Below are positions 53,237-64,000 of a stretch of DNA of 64,000 nucleotides, one piece after another. The stretch's first letter is position 1. Each line of letters begins with the position of its first letter. Source of the DNA: Eledone cirrhosa (lineage: Eukaryota); assembly GCA_964016885.1 (NCBI GenBank), contig OZ024765.1:18166001-18230000 (forward strand), given 5' to 3'. The translations under genes and the position numbers were made by a program. A model generated the notes under the pieces. That model was given only the letters and a program-made list of their open reading frames with translations, was not told the origin of the DNA and did no database searches.

Positions 53237-53237
<1 letters not shown>
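53022..53237. mobile_element. PLE-like fold-back family B
   Basis: CTGATGA(53178)-TTTCTAAAGAAT-GAAA-CAGTTCTATTC with an inverted arm. Flanked by TA tracts. Confidence 0.7.
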
Positions 53238-53292
<55 letters not shown>

Positions 53293-53315
53293 CATATATG
53301 TGTGTGTGTGTATGC

Positions 53316-53349
<34 letters not shown>

Positions 53350-53504
53350 GTGTGCGTACGCTCTACACACTACCCTAGCACTTCTACGCTTATTCTGTAA
53401 CACTGGTCCCCCTTCTGACCTATACGGTCGTTATTTCGATCGTTTGTTCCACACATCGCTCTCTCTCTCTCTCCCTCTCTCTATCTTTCTCTCTCTCTTG
53501 CCAT

Positions 53505-54290
53505 AATCTCGCTGCATCTATCTTCTACAATACCACTTACTACATTTCCTCCCTCTGCTTCATATCCTCCCACCTTACATACACCAAACTCTCCATACCC
53601 TACTTCTAATTCATCCGTTTTCGTCGGCTCTGCAGCCAGCATCACGATTTCGTGGCCCTGTTACAACGCATGGGTTTTTGATTCATCCAGCATGAATATC
53701 CTCACACCTTGATCCAAACTGCGTTCATCAACACCAGCGCCTCCCCAATACCCACATCCCTTTCCTCTTAACCTATCACACCTCTACCCTACCCCTGCGA
53801 TGCAATGTTCCCATTTTTGTATTTACACACATCGGACAAACAGACTGTTGTCTGGCGCACTGAATCGCCAAACAGTTGAGAGGCATATGACCTGGAAAAG
53901 ACACACCTGTCACACGTCATTCGTGTTACATCAACACCTCTCTTTCTCCGGCATCATTTTACACTACGGATCCCTAACCGCTTGCACCATGATCGAACAC
54001 AACTTAATTTTTCGCCTTGGAACAACCTTCCCGAATGGGTTCAATCCCGCCCATACACACAGATTCTATAACTTTCCTTTATCCTTGATTTTACACACAA
54101 GCACATGCATTTACATACACACAACTCCGACCACTATACAACACTCATGTCGACAATTCTTCTGTATTTCTTTATCACTTCCTCTCTTTCTCACTTGCTA
54201 TCTCTCGCTGGAAGAAATCTTCTGTGCTCAGACCTGGAGAGGGATGGGCTCGGCTACGCTTTAAAATGCCCAAGAAACGCCGTATGTCAA
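53505..54290 (+). mobile_element. Decayed Penelope-like element: RT thumb and GIY-YIG endonuclease C-terminus, followed by a decayed hammerhead
   Basis: Reads IFYNTT...SSHLTYTKLSIPYF*FIRFRRLCSQHHDF (cf. YKPT...SSHP...K.SIPYSQ..RLRRICS) and IEHNLIFRLGTTFPNGFN (cf. E..LIFRLGTL.P.GLN). Downstream GAC-CTGGAGA(54234)...GGGC..GCCC..GAAA(54274)-CGCCG-TA-TGTC. Confidence 0.82.
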
Positions 54291-55239
54291 CATGTCGCTC
54301 TTGTGGCTCCACCAGAAGTGACGGAACCATTCCATACCATACCATAACATACTAAAAGGTTAAATCTCTACTTACATATACTGTTCACGTTCTCCCATTG
54401 GTTTACTATGACCACTTCAGTAGCATAACTGAACCAGGATATATATTTTAACCAAATGAAATAGTCAGGAATACTCCTAAAATTGAAAATATAGCATTTT
54501 AAAATACTAGAGTTCTTTTCAAAACGCTGACGTGTATGTGTATATGTGAGTACGTGTGTGTATGTGCATATGCATACATTCATATGTATGAGTATAATAT
54601 AATTGAATATAAAAAAGAGATAAACACAGATATATACATATATGTGTTCAAATCTCTCTTTTATATTCAATTATATCACACGGCCCGGAAAAATCTCTTT
54701 CCTTGAGCTATTTAATTGTAAGAGGCTATTTTGAGTTTCTAATTCAATATAAACCTTTGATATGTATGAGTATATAAATATAAATGCACAAACAAAGACA
54801 CACAAAAATACACTCACACAGACATAGATTCTCACATATATACACATGCATTCATACAAACGCACACATACATTCACAGACACACACATACACATACACT
54901 CACACACAGCGAAGTAAATGGAACGACACACCAGCCGCTGGTTCCTTGTAGATTTTTCACCATAACCTTCCTTCCATTTACACACACACCAACACACACA
55001 CACACACGCGCACACACACACACACACACACACGCACACACACACACACACACGCACACACACACACACGCACACACACACATACATACACACACACGCA
55101 CACACACGCATACACACACACACAAACAAACAAACACACATTGTGTGACGGACGGAAGTCTCTCAAATTTATATATAGATTTGGTGGTTATCTCTTGTTT
55201 AACAAGGGAGGGAATCGAGAAGGGTTTAGCAATAATATT

Positions 55240-55648
55240 AATGGTTTTAGATTTAGGCACAAGGCCCACGTGTTTTGAGTAGAGGTCTAATATCGATTAA
55301 ATCGAAACCAGAATATGACTGATACTTTATTTTATCGAGGCCCGAAAGGAAAAGTTAACCTCGACGGGATTTGAACTCAGAATGGCAAGGGCCGTAACTC
55401 TATGCTGGAAAGCATGGCGTCCGACCCTCTACCGATACTGCCAATCCACCGTAATAATAATAATTGTTTCTACTTTAGGCACAAGGCCAGCAATTACCCA
55501 GTGCATTACTGGTACTTTATTTTATCGACCCCGTAAGGATGAAAGGCAAAGTTAACCTCGACGGGATTTGAACTCAGAATGGCAAGGGCCGTAACTCTAT
55601 GCTGGAAAGCATGGCGTCCGACCCTCTACCGATACTGCCAATCCACCG
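55240..55648 (-). mobile_element. Two tandem SINE family 1 copies (first with a variant tail)
   Basis: Consensus match at 55240-55451 and 55461-55648. Confidence 0.9.
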
Positions 55649-55959
55649 TAATAATAATAATAATGATTTCTTTATTAACCACAAGGGTTCACATAAAATA
55701 TAACATTAAGGACAGCACAGGATGGTACAGGATGGTACAAATGGTCAACGTAAAGGGACGTAACTTTATAATGCAAAGCATGTTGTCCGACGATCTACCA
55801 ATACCTTTAATGCAACGAATAATATAAGTAGTAGTAGTAGTAGTAGTAGCAGGAGCAGTAGCAGTAGTAGTAGATCAGTGGTAATATTAGTAGTAGCAGC
55901 AGCAGCAGTAGTAGTAGCAGCTGCAGTAGTAGTAATATTAGCAGCAGTAGTAGTAGTAA

Positions 55960-56020
<61 letters not shown>

Positions 56021-56022
56021 TG

Positions 56023-56195
56023 CAGAGCCGTCTTAACGCATGGGGACGCTGGGCGGCAGTTGCCCGGGGGTCCCACGAGGATAGGGGGCCCATTTGTATT
56101 TTTATTCCTGTGAGTGGTTGTGTAGGTAGGGGCCCCAGTTCTCTGCTTTGCCCGGGCTGGGGGGGGGGGGCTATACTGCTGTTAAGACGGTCCTG
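56023..56195. mobile_element. hAT-type MITE
   Basis: TIRs CAGAGCCGTCTTAAC / GTTAAGACGGTCCTG with an 8-bp TSD AGTAGTTG (56015-56022, 56196-56203). Confidence 0.85.
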
Positions 56196-56410
56196 AGTAG
56201 TTGTTGTTGTTGTTGATGATGTATTAGTAGTAGTAGTAGTAGTAGTAGTTACCCATTGTTAAGGAAAAAGCCACCGAACAGCATCAGTGGGGCCAGTAAT
56301 GGCGGTGCTATTGCCAAGGCTGTCTGAACAGTTCCCGCCATTGCAGATATGAGAAAGCCTAAACGAAAGATAGAAATAGAATATTTACATTTAAAAGACC
56401 ATCACACATG

Positions 56411-56442
<32 letters not shown>

Positions 56443-56443
<1 letters not shown>

Positions 56444-56830
56444 CGATATTAAACAAATGGAAACTATATTTATAAAACCATATTTATTTCATTATACATA
56501 TTTCGGGGATACCATATTAAAAATATGGCATGCCTTCGTCAGATAAAATACAATATATAAGCAGTTTTATAAATAATTTTGACGTAACATAAATATTGAT
56601 CAACTTTCATGTAAGAAGTTGGTTTGCTTATATATTGTATTTTATCTGAAGAAGGCATGCCATATTTTTAATATGGTATCCCCGAAATATGTATAATGAA
56701 ATAAATATGGTTTTATAAATATAGTTTCCATTTGTTTAATATCGTATATCTACTCCAAAACTTGTTGAGTGCTTTATATCAGTTATAAAATATTTACTTG
56801 TTGTAACCCAACAATTTTAAATAAAACTTT
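56443..56830. mobile_element. Family A fold-back with two hammerheads (56485-56550 minus, 56638-56703 plus)
   Basis: Cores CTGACGA and CTGAAGA, stem II ATGCCATATT/AATATGGTAT, then GAAA-TATGTA-TA-ATGAAATA. Confidence 0.85.
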
Positions 56831-56889
<59 letters not shown>

Positions 56890-56890
56890 T

Positions 56891-57050
56891 CTAAGGCGGA
56901 TAAAATTCCCGAGATCCATGGACGAGTTCTCTCCAGCGGTCTCTGTCCCTCATCATCGCTGCCATGTCCTGCGTCTCCAACAGACCAGTGTCTGTCCTTA
57001 GGGCATCAACATACGTTAACCTTGGTCTTCCCCTTCTAGTGTGTCCATGT
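56891..57050 (-). mobile_element. RTE-like LINE 3' remnant
   Basis: HGHTRRGRPRLTYVDALRTDTG...MRDRDRWRELV. Confidence 0.85.
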
Positions 57051-57108
57051 ATTTGTTTTTGAAATGCGCATAATAAAATACATAGAACTCTTTTAACCAT
57101 CTTTTGAT

Positions 57109-57142
<34 letters not shown>

Positions 57143-57560
57143 ATCAAAAGATGGTTAAAAGAGTTCCATGTATTTTATTATGCGCATTTCAAAAACAAAT
57201 ATCATCATGCGATGACATTTGCGTTTTCGTCCGATAAAATAGGGAGACATGATATGAAGGTTAAAAAGCACTTGTGAATAGTGCAGTTTTAAATCAACAT
57301 ATCATATGTTGATTTAAAACTGCACTATCCACAAGTGTTTTTTAACCTTCATATCACGTCTCCCTATTTTATCTGACGAAAACGCAAATGTCATCGCATT
57401 ATGATATTTGTTTTTGAAATGCGCATAGTAAAATACATGGAACTCTTTTAACCATCTTTTGATCTTATATATTATTTATACTCCAGTCCTACAAACTGTA
57501 GAGTGCTACTTATCCGATATCTGCATTACTTTATTGTACTACAATAAAACTCACTTCCTA
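57050..57560. mobile_element. Family D fold-back (arms 57140-57300 / 57305-57468) plus a third partial copy; hammerheads at ~57171-57241 (minus) and 57365-57435 (plus)
   Basis: TATTTTAT-CTGACGA(57373)-stem II-GAAA(57416)-TGCGCA-TA-GTAAAATA. Confidence 0.85.
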
Positions 57561-57563
57561 CAT

Positions 57564-57632
<69 letters not shown>

Positions 57633-57636
<4 letters not shown>

Positions 57637-58337
57637 GGGTTGGAAAAATTAATGGAAACACCTAGCATCAAAGCATCATAATTTTGAAATATCTATAAAA
57701 CCGTCAAAAGCTTGTTTATTTTTATGTTTTTTTTATTTATTATTAGTGTTGCAGCATAGTTACGTCCCTTTACGATCTGAGTTCAAATCCCGCCGAGGTT
57801 GACTTTGCTTTTCATCCTTACGGGGTCGATAAAATAAAGTACCAGTAATGCACTGGTTAATTTGCTGGCCTTGGGCCTAAAGTAATAACAATTATTAGTG
57901 TTGCTTATTATGTTTTGTTAAAATTGCTGGTTCTCTTCAGATATCATCAGAAAAAGGTAATTAAAATTCATTAAAATGACAGATTTATCGGACTTTCAAA
58001 GAGGTCAAATTGTTGGTGCTCGTATGGCAGGCGCTGGCGTAACGAAAACAGCCGAAATGTTTGGTGTATCAAGAAATACTGTCTCGAAAGTAATGACAGC
58101 CTTAACAAAGAGAGAAAAACCTCCTCGTTGAAACAAAGCTCCGGAAGAAAACCAAAACTTTCAGATAGGGACCGTCGGACTCTTACACAAATTGTTAGAA
58201 AGGATCACAACATTACTGCAGAACTTAATGACCACCTCGAGAACAATAAAAAAATAAACAAGCTTTTGACGGTTTTATAGATATCTCAAAATTATGATGC
58301 TATGATGCTAGGTGTTTCCATTATTTTGTCCAACTCC

Positions 58338-58339
<2 letters not shown>
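57633..58339 (+). mobile_element. Internally deleted Tc1-like transposon with ~100-bp TIRs
   Basis: TA-CAGGGGTTGGAAAAATTAATGGAAACACC... and ...GGTGTTTCCATTATTTTGTCCAACTCCTG. From 57976 reads MTDLSDFQRGQIVGARMAGAGVTKTAEMFGVSRNTVSKV, then SGRKPKLSDRDRR. Confidence 0.9.
57752..57893 (+). mobile_element. 5'-truncated SINE family 1 nested in the Tc1 element
   Basis: TSD ATTATTAGTGTTGC. Confidence 0.9.
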
Positions 58340-58380
<41 letters not shown>

Positions 58381-58383
<3 letters not shown>

Positions 58384-58772
58384 AAGAATGAATAATAACA
58401 GGTAGACATCATAAAAAGGTAATTTATTCCGTGTGCTTACAAGTGTTTCCACGGTGGTACTACAGCCTAGTTATGCTATGTGCAAATTCACAAGTACTTG
58501 CAGAACTCAAATATCCAATGCTGTGACCACCTAGTTATGCTATGTGCAAATTCACAAGTACTTGCAGAACTCAAATATCCAATGCTGTGACCACTGTTTC
58601 CTCAGAGCAGCTCTGAGGAAACTGGTCACAGCATTGGATATTTGAGTTCTGCAAGTACTTGTGAATTTGCACATAGCATAACTAGGCTGTAGTACCACCG
58701 TGGAAACACTTGTAAGCACACGGAATAAATTACCTTTTTATGATGTCTACCTGTTATTATTCATTCTTTATA
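58381..58772. mobile_element. Fold-back with opposed hammerheads that have a very long stem II
   Basis: GCT-CTGAGGA(58613)-~83 nt-GAAA(58703)-CACTTG-TA-AGCA. Centre ~58609. The left arm has a ~63-bp tandem duplication. Confidence 0.78.
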
Positions 58773-58789
58773 TTATTCATTCTTTATAA

Positions 58790-58979
58790 AGGCGGTGGAT
58801 TGGCAGTATCGGTAGAGGGTCGGACGCCATGCTTTCCAGCATAGTTACGTCCCTTTACGATCTGAGTTCAAATCCCGCCGAGGTTGACTTTGCCTTTCAT
58901 CCTTACGGGGTCGATAAAATAAAGTACCAGTATTGCACTGGGATAATTGATGGCCTTGTACCAAAAGTAGAAACAATTA
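58790..58979 (+). mobile_element. SINE family 1, full length
   Basis: Consensus match with TSD ATTATTCATTCTTTATA. Confidence 0.92.
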
Positions 58980-59276
58980 TTCATTCTTTATATACACTCC
59001 GGAATACAGAAGGATCAGGAACTATGTTTCATCAACAATTCTTCCATAACTCGTAGAATAACCTCTTACCGTACGTCAACCATATCCAGTGTAGTAATTA
59101 ACCATTACTACATCTTGGATAATCCTATACCTAATATATATGTATATATGTATATGTGTATATATATATTGGAAAATGTGTGAGATCCTTGGTACAGTTA
59201 GGTATATTTGAAAAGAAGGAAAAGAATGACTTCACGTGTAGTGTTAAAAAATGTTTGATTTAATTTTATAATATTA

Positions 59277-59605
59277 TAATTGTTTCTACTTTTGGCACAA
59301 GGCCAGCAATTACCCAGTGCATTACTGGAACTTTATTTTATCGACCTCGTAAGGATGAAAGGCAAAGTTAACCTCGACGGGATTTGAACTCAGACCGTAA
59401 AGGGACGTAACTATGCTGGAAAGCATGGCGTCTGACTCTCTACCGATACTGCCATTAGGGCGGTGGATTGGCAGTATCGGTAGAGGGTCGGACGCCATGC
59501 TTTGACGCATAGAGTTACGTCCCTTGCCATTCTGAGTTCAAATCCCGCCGAGGTTAACTTTGCCTTTCATCCTTACGGGGTCGATAAAATAAAGTACCAG
59601 TAATA
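59277..59605. mobile_element. Head-to-head pair of SINE family 1 copies
   Basis: 59277-59455 on minus and 59456-59605 on plus, joined at their 5' ends. Confidence 0.9.
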
Positions 59606-59711
59606 CTCCCTTTTCTTTAAATCCTTCAACCAATGACCTCCACCCATCCCAACCCCCACCCTCTCCTGCCACCAGAAAAGGAAAGATATAAATACCACCA
59701 CTTATTTGGAC

Positions 59712-59782
59712 AGCCAGCTTCCTGATGATTTCTCACGAATGAAACAGTTCTAGTCCTGTAGAAGCTCTTCTATATTAAAACT
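59712..59782 (+). mobile_element. Family B solo terminus with a hammerhead core (others at 27925-27978 and 61535-61690)
   Basis: AGCTTC-CTGATGA-TTTCTCACGAAT-GAAA-CAGTTCTAGTC-CTGTAGAAGCT, then (TA)n. Confidence 0.65.
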
Positions 59783-59793
59783 ATATATATATA

Positions 59794-59890
<97 letters not shown>

Positions 59891-59921
59891 ACATTTATAT
59901 ATATATATATATATATACATT

Positions 59922-59959
<38 letters not shown>

Positions 59960-59977
59960 CATTTATATATATATATG

Positions 59978-60023
<46 letters not shown>

Positions 60024-60045
60024 CATAAATATATATATATATATT

Positions 60046-60115
<70 letters not shown>

Positions 60116-60160
60116 AATATATATATATATTTATATAATATATATATATTTATGTATTGT

Positions 60161-60195
<35 letters not shown>

Positions 60196-60201
60196 TTTAT
60201 G

Positions 60202-60240
<39 letters not shown>

Positions 60241-60270
60241 ATAATATATATATATATATTATAGTATAAA

Positions 60271-60302
<32 letters not shown>

Positions 60303-60329
60303 ATAATTATGTATGTATATATATTTATG

Positions 60330-60366
<37 letters not shown>

Positions 60367-60371
60367 GTATG

Positions 60372-60432
<61 letters not shown>

Positions 60433-60435
60433 ATT

Positions 60436-60470
<35 letters not shown>

Positions 60471-60495
60471 ATTTATATATATATATATATTTATG

Positions 60496-60530
<35 letters not shown>

Positions 60531-60535
60531 GTATG

Positions 60536-60728
<193 letters not shown>

Positions 60729-60785
60729 ATATATAAATGTATATATATATATAAATATATACATATATATATGCAGAGAGAGAGA

Positions 60786-60845
<60 letters not shown>

Positions 60846-61167
60846 GAGAGAGGTTTTGAGTAGATAAATGGACACACAATATATAGTTATTGAGTGCATT
60901 TCTTTCACAAGGGAAACAAACAGTTATTATCAAGAAGTTTCTACTCACCGAAAGAAGCAGCAATATTACTGACCAACACCATAACGCAACAGGCTATAAC
61001 AAACGTGTCGAAGTCATTATAAAGACCTGTAATGAAAACCGTAAGAGTTTCTGATTTAGGCATTAGGTCAACAGTTTTGGGGGAGAGGTAAGTCGATTAA
61101 ATCGACCCCAGTGCAATCCTGGTACTTTATAAACAGTGAGTGTGTTTTACTATATTTTTCTAGTAAT

Positions 61168-61533
61168 ATAGCAGAGAAGACATTACCTCAGGTGATAGGG
61201 GGTCCCTTCAATTACACACGACAAGAGGGAATGTTGGTGTTGGCCTCTAAAATTCATCATAGCAGAGAACACATTACCTCAGATGATAGAGGGTTCCTTA
61301 ATTACACACACTATAGGAGGGAATGTTGGTGTAGGGCTCTAAAATTCATCATAGCAGACAAGACATTACCTCATGTGATAGAGGGTTCCTTAATTACACA
61401 CACTATAGGAGGGACTGTTGGTGTAGGGGTCTAAAATTCATCATAGCAGACAAGACATTACCTCATGTTATAGAGGGTTCCTTAATTACACACACTATAG
61501 GAGGGACTGTTGGTGTAGGGGCCTAAAATTCAT
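61168..61533. repeat. ~91-bp tandem repeat, 4 copies
   Basis: ATAGCAGACAAGACATTACCTCA...TAAAATTCATC. Confidence 0.9.
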
Positions 61534-61688
61534 TCAAAAGAAATCATCAGGAAAGCTTTCCTGGTGATTTTCTTCGAATGAAACTGTTTTAGTCCCGTAG
61601 AAGTAATTTCTATATTAAACATGATATTTACACTCTACTAATGTATTGAGTACCTTACCAACTGTGGTTACCCTCGATTGGACCCCTG

Positions 61689-61748
<60 letters not shown>

Positions 61749-61821
61749 GAAGCAAGTGTGGTAAGGAACTGGGTGGATCGTAACGCACCAGAGTACTCAA
61801 TACTTAGGGTAGTAGAGTTGG

Positions 61822-61865
<44 letters not shown>

Positions 61866-61868
<3 letters not shown>

Positions 61869-62214
61869 ATATATTAACAAATGGAAACTATATTTATAAA
61901 ACCATATTTAATTCATTATACATATTTCAAGGACACCAAGTTAAATTATGGTGTGCTTCCATCAGACAAAATATAATATAGATCAGTTTTATAAATAAAT
62001 ATTGACATACTGATCTATATTATATTCTGTCTGATGAAAGCACACCATGATTTAACTTGGTGTCCTTGAAATATGTATAATGAAATAAATATGGTTTTAT
62101 AAATATAGTTTCCATTTGTTAATATTGTATTTTTACTCCAATTATTTGTTGAGTGCTTTATATCAGTTATAAAAATATTTGCTTGTTGTATTCCAAAAAT
62201 TTAAATAGAAGTTC

Positions 62215-62217
<3 letters not shown>
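61866..62217. mobile_element. Family A fold-back with two hammerheads (~61909-61973 minus, decayed; 62023-62087 plus)
   Basis: Highly similar to 20924-21340 in the opposite orientation, with a different turn-around point. Confidence 0.85.
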
Positions 62218-62269
<52 letters not shown>

Positions 62270-62349
62270 TAAAATAACAGATTAAAGTTTAAGCAAAGAA
62301 TTTATTATTTTATTATTATTACTAATATATATCAATTTTATTATTATTA

Positions 62350-62445
<96 letters not shown>

Positions 62446-62655
62446 AGTGTTTGTGTGTGTATGTATAAATATATATATATATATATTATTTTATTCTGAG
62501 TTAAGGCTCTATTGATTTTCCCTGGATTTCACCAAATTCTGTAGATGAATCTATTCTTTTCGAATTGAGTTTGAATTATTTCCCCACATCTTACGTTAAC
62601 TATTTTTTCATTTTGACGCTATAGTCACTTATATACAATAATTTCTATACTTTTC

Positions 62656-62721
<66 letters not shown>

Positions 62722-62727
<6 letters not shown>

Positions 62728-63075
62728 AAAAAGGGATGAAATCGAAAATGCAACTGAAGTCTTATTTTTAAAAAAAATATATATATTTATTTGGTTCCTT
62801 TACCGGTTTCGCAGTTCTTCTGCTTTTCAAAAGGTGAGTTGAGATAGAGGGTCTGTGGTTTTTCTCGAGAAAAACCACAGACCCTCCATCTCAACTCACC
62901 TTTTGAAAAGCAGAAGAACTGCGAAACCGGTAAAGGAACCAAATAAATATATATATTTTTTTTAAAAATAAGACTTCAGTTGCATTTTCGATTTCATCCC
63001 TTTTTCTTTATACTTCCACTCGTGTAGGACACCTCGGTTATTTTTCATTTTGTAAAAAAAACCTCACTTTCTAAT
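62722..63075. mobile_element. Near-perfect palindrome (centre ~62867) with variant hammerheads on both arms
   Basis: CCTT-TTGAAAA(62903)-GCAG-AAGAA-CTGC-GAAA(62923)-CCGG-TA-AAGG. The right arm has a ~60-bp extra tail. Confidence 0.8.
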
Positions 63076-63106
63076 ATATATATATATATATATTTATATA
63101 TATTTA

Positions 63107-63790
63107 TCTATATATATAAAACTGTGGTTGTCTGTCTGTCTATCGATTTTTGGCACACATCTCCTCTTAGAATCTCTCACGGAATTGCACCGAAATTGCT
63201 ATACTTGTACATTGAGCCCTAGCGAAGACATCGGAAAAAAAATATTTCAAATTGACCCACCCTATGTGACGAAATCGAATATAATGTATCGATTTTTGAG
63301 CGTAAGTTATCAGTTATTTCCCTTTGTTCTGTTTACATTGAGCGTCTTACGTAAAAAATTACGCTGGCTTTCTCAGCGTTTAAAATGACATTAACACAAT
63401 ACACGAACAGACAGTTGTCGAGCCAGCAAAATATTGACCTGCAAAATTCATCAGTTCGAACACTAAGCTTCCGTTTTGCTTCATTTCCATTTAAAAGCAT
63501 TTTAAAACAATATTTTTACTTGAAAACAAGTCTATTTAAAGACTACGTAAAACAAGCAAATATTTCGTCGTTAGGCGTGCAGACAGACAGTCGTGCAGAC
63601 AGACAGTCGTGCAGAGAGGTGATATACGCGTGCAGACAGACAGTCGTGCAGAGAGGTGATATAGGCGTGCAGACAGACAGTCGTGCAGAGAGGTGATATA
63701 GGCGTGCAGACAGACAGTCGTGCAGAGAGGTGATATAGGCGTGCAGACAGACAGTCGTGCAGAGAGGTGATATAGGCGTGCAGACAGACA
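63107..63790 (+). mobile_element. Probable non-autonomous Helitron-like 5' end, with a 37-bp tandem repeat at 63573-63790
   Basis: TCTATATATATAAAA...GTCTGTCTGTCT...ACGGAATTGCACCGAAATT resembles Helitron/DINE-type 5' termini. The 3' end was not identified. Confidence 0.5.
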
Positions 63791-64000
63791 TAACTGATAA
63801 TTTGGTTGCGCTAATGTTTTTCTCTGCGTTGCAGTGTTTACATTTTCGATCTTTGTTAATAAATAACCAGTGCAGTTTCTATCCCCAGCATCCTCTTTTG
63901 TTATAACATTCGGGTTATCGTTATGTTTTCTTAACTTCATAAGGCATATTGTTGGTTGAGGGAATATTAATCAAAAACACCACATGCAAGTCTGCACAGT

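Overview
Eukaryotic, AT-rich, repeat-saturated DNA with no recognisable host gene. Almost all long ORFs are artefacts of simple repeats. The SINE and microsatellite landscape resembles coleoid cephalopod (octopus-like) genomes, which is an inference. The window holds a 145-bp satellite edge, very long (ACT)n-, (GTGTG)n- and (GGT)n-derived arrays, about 20 copies of one tRNA-derived SINE, two further SINE families, deleted mariner and Tc1 elements, a hAT MITE, a probable Helitron end, and 3' remnants of RTE, CRE, R4-like, Tx1-like and Penelope-like retroelements. The main unexplained signal is that many short islands between the (TA)n tracts are fold-back (inverted) duplications. These islands, plus several solo ones, carry minimal type-I hammerhead ribozyme motifs (stem I-CUGANGA-stem II-GAAA-short palindromic stem III-UH-stem I'). 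I count roughly 30 intact or decayed motifs in a dozen or more unrelated sequence families, including a five-copy tandem array. A decayed Penelope-like RT-thumb/GIY-YIG ORF followed by such a motif (53505-54290) links them to Penelope-like element (PLE) termini that appear to insert into (TA)n. All structures were read by eye, and coordinates of decayed elements are approximate.
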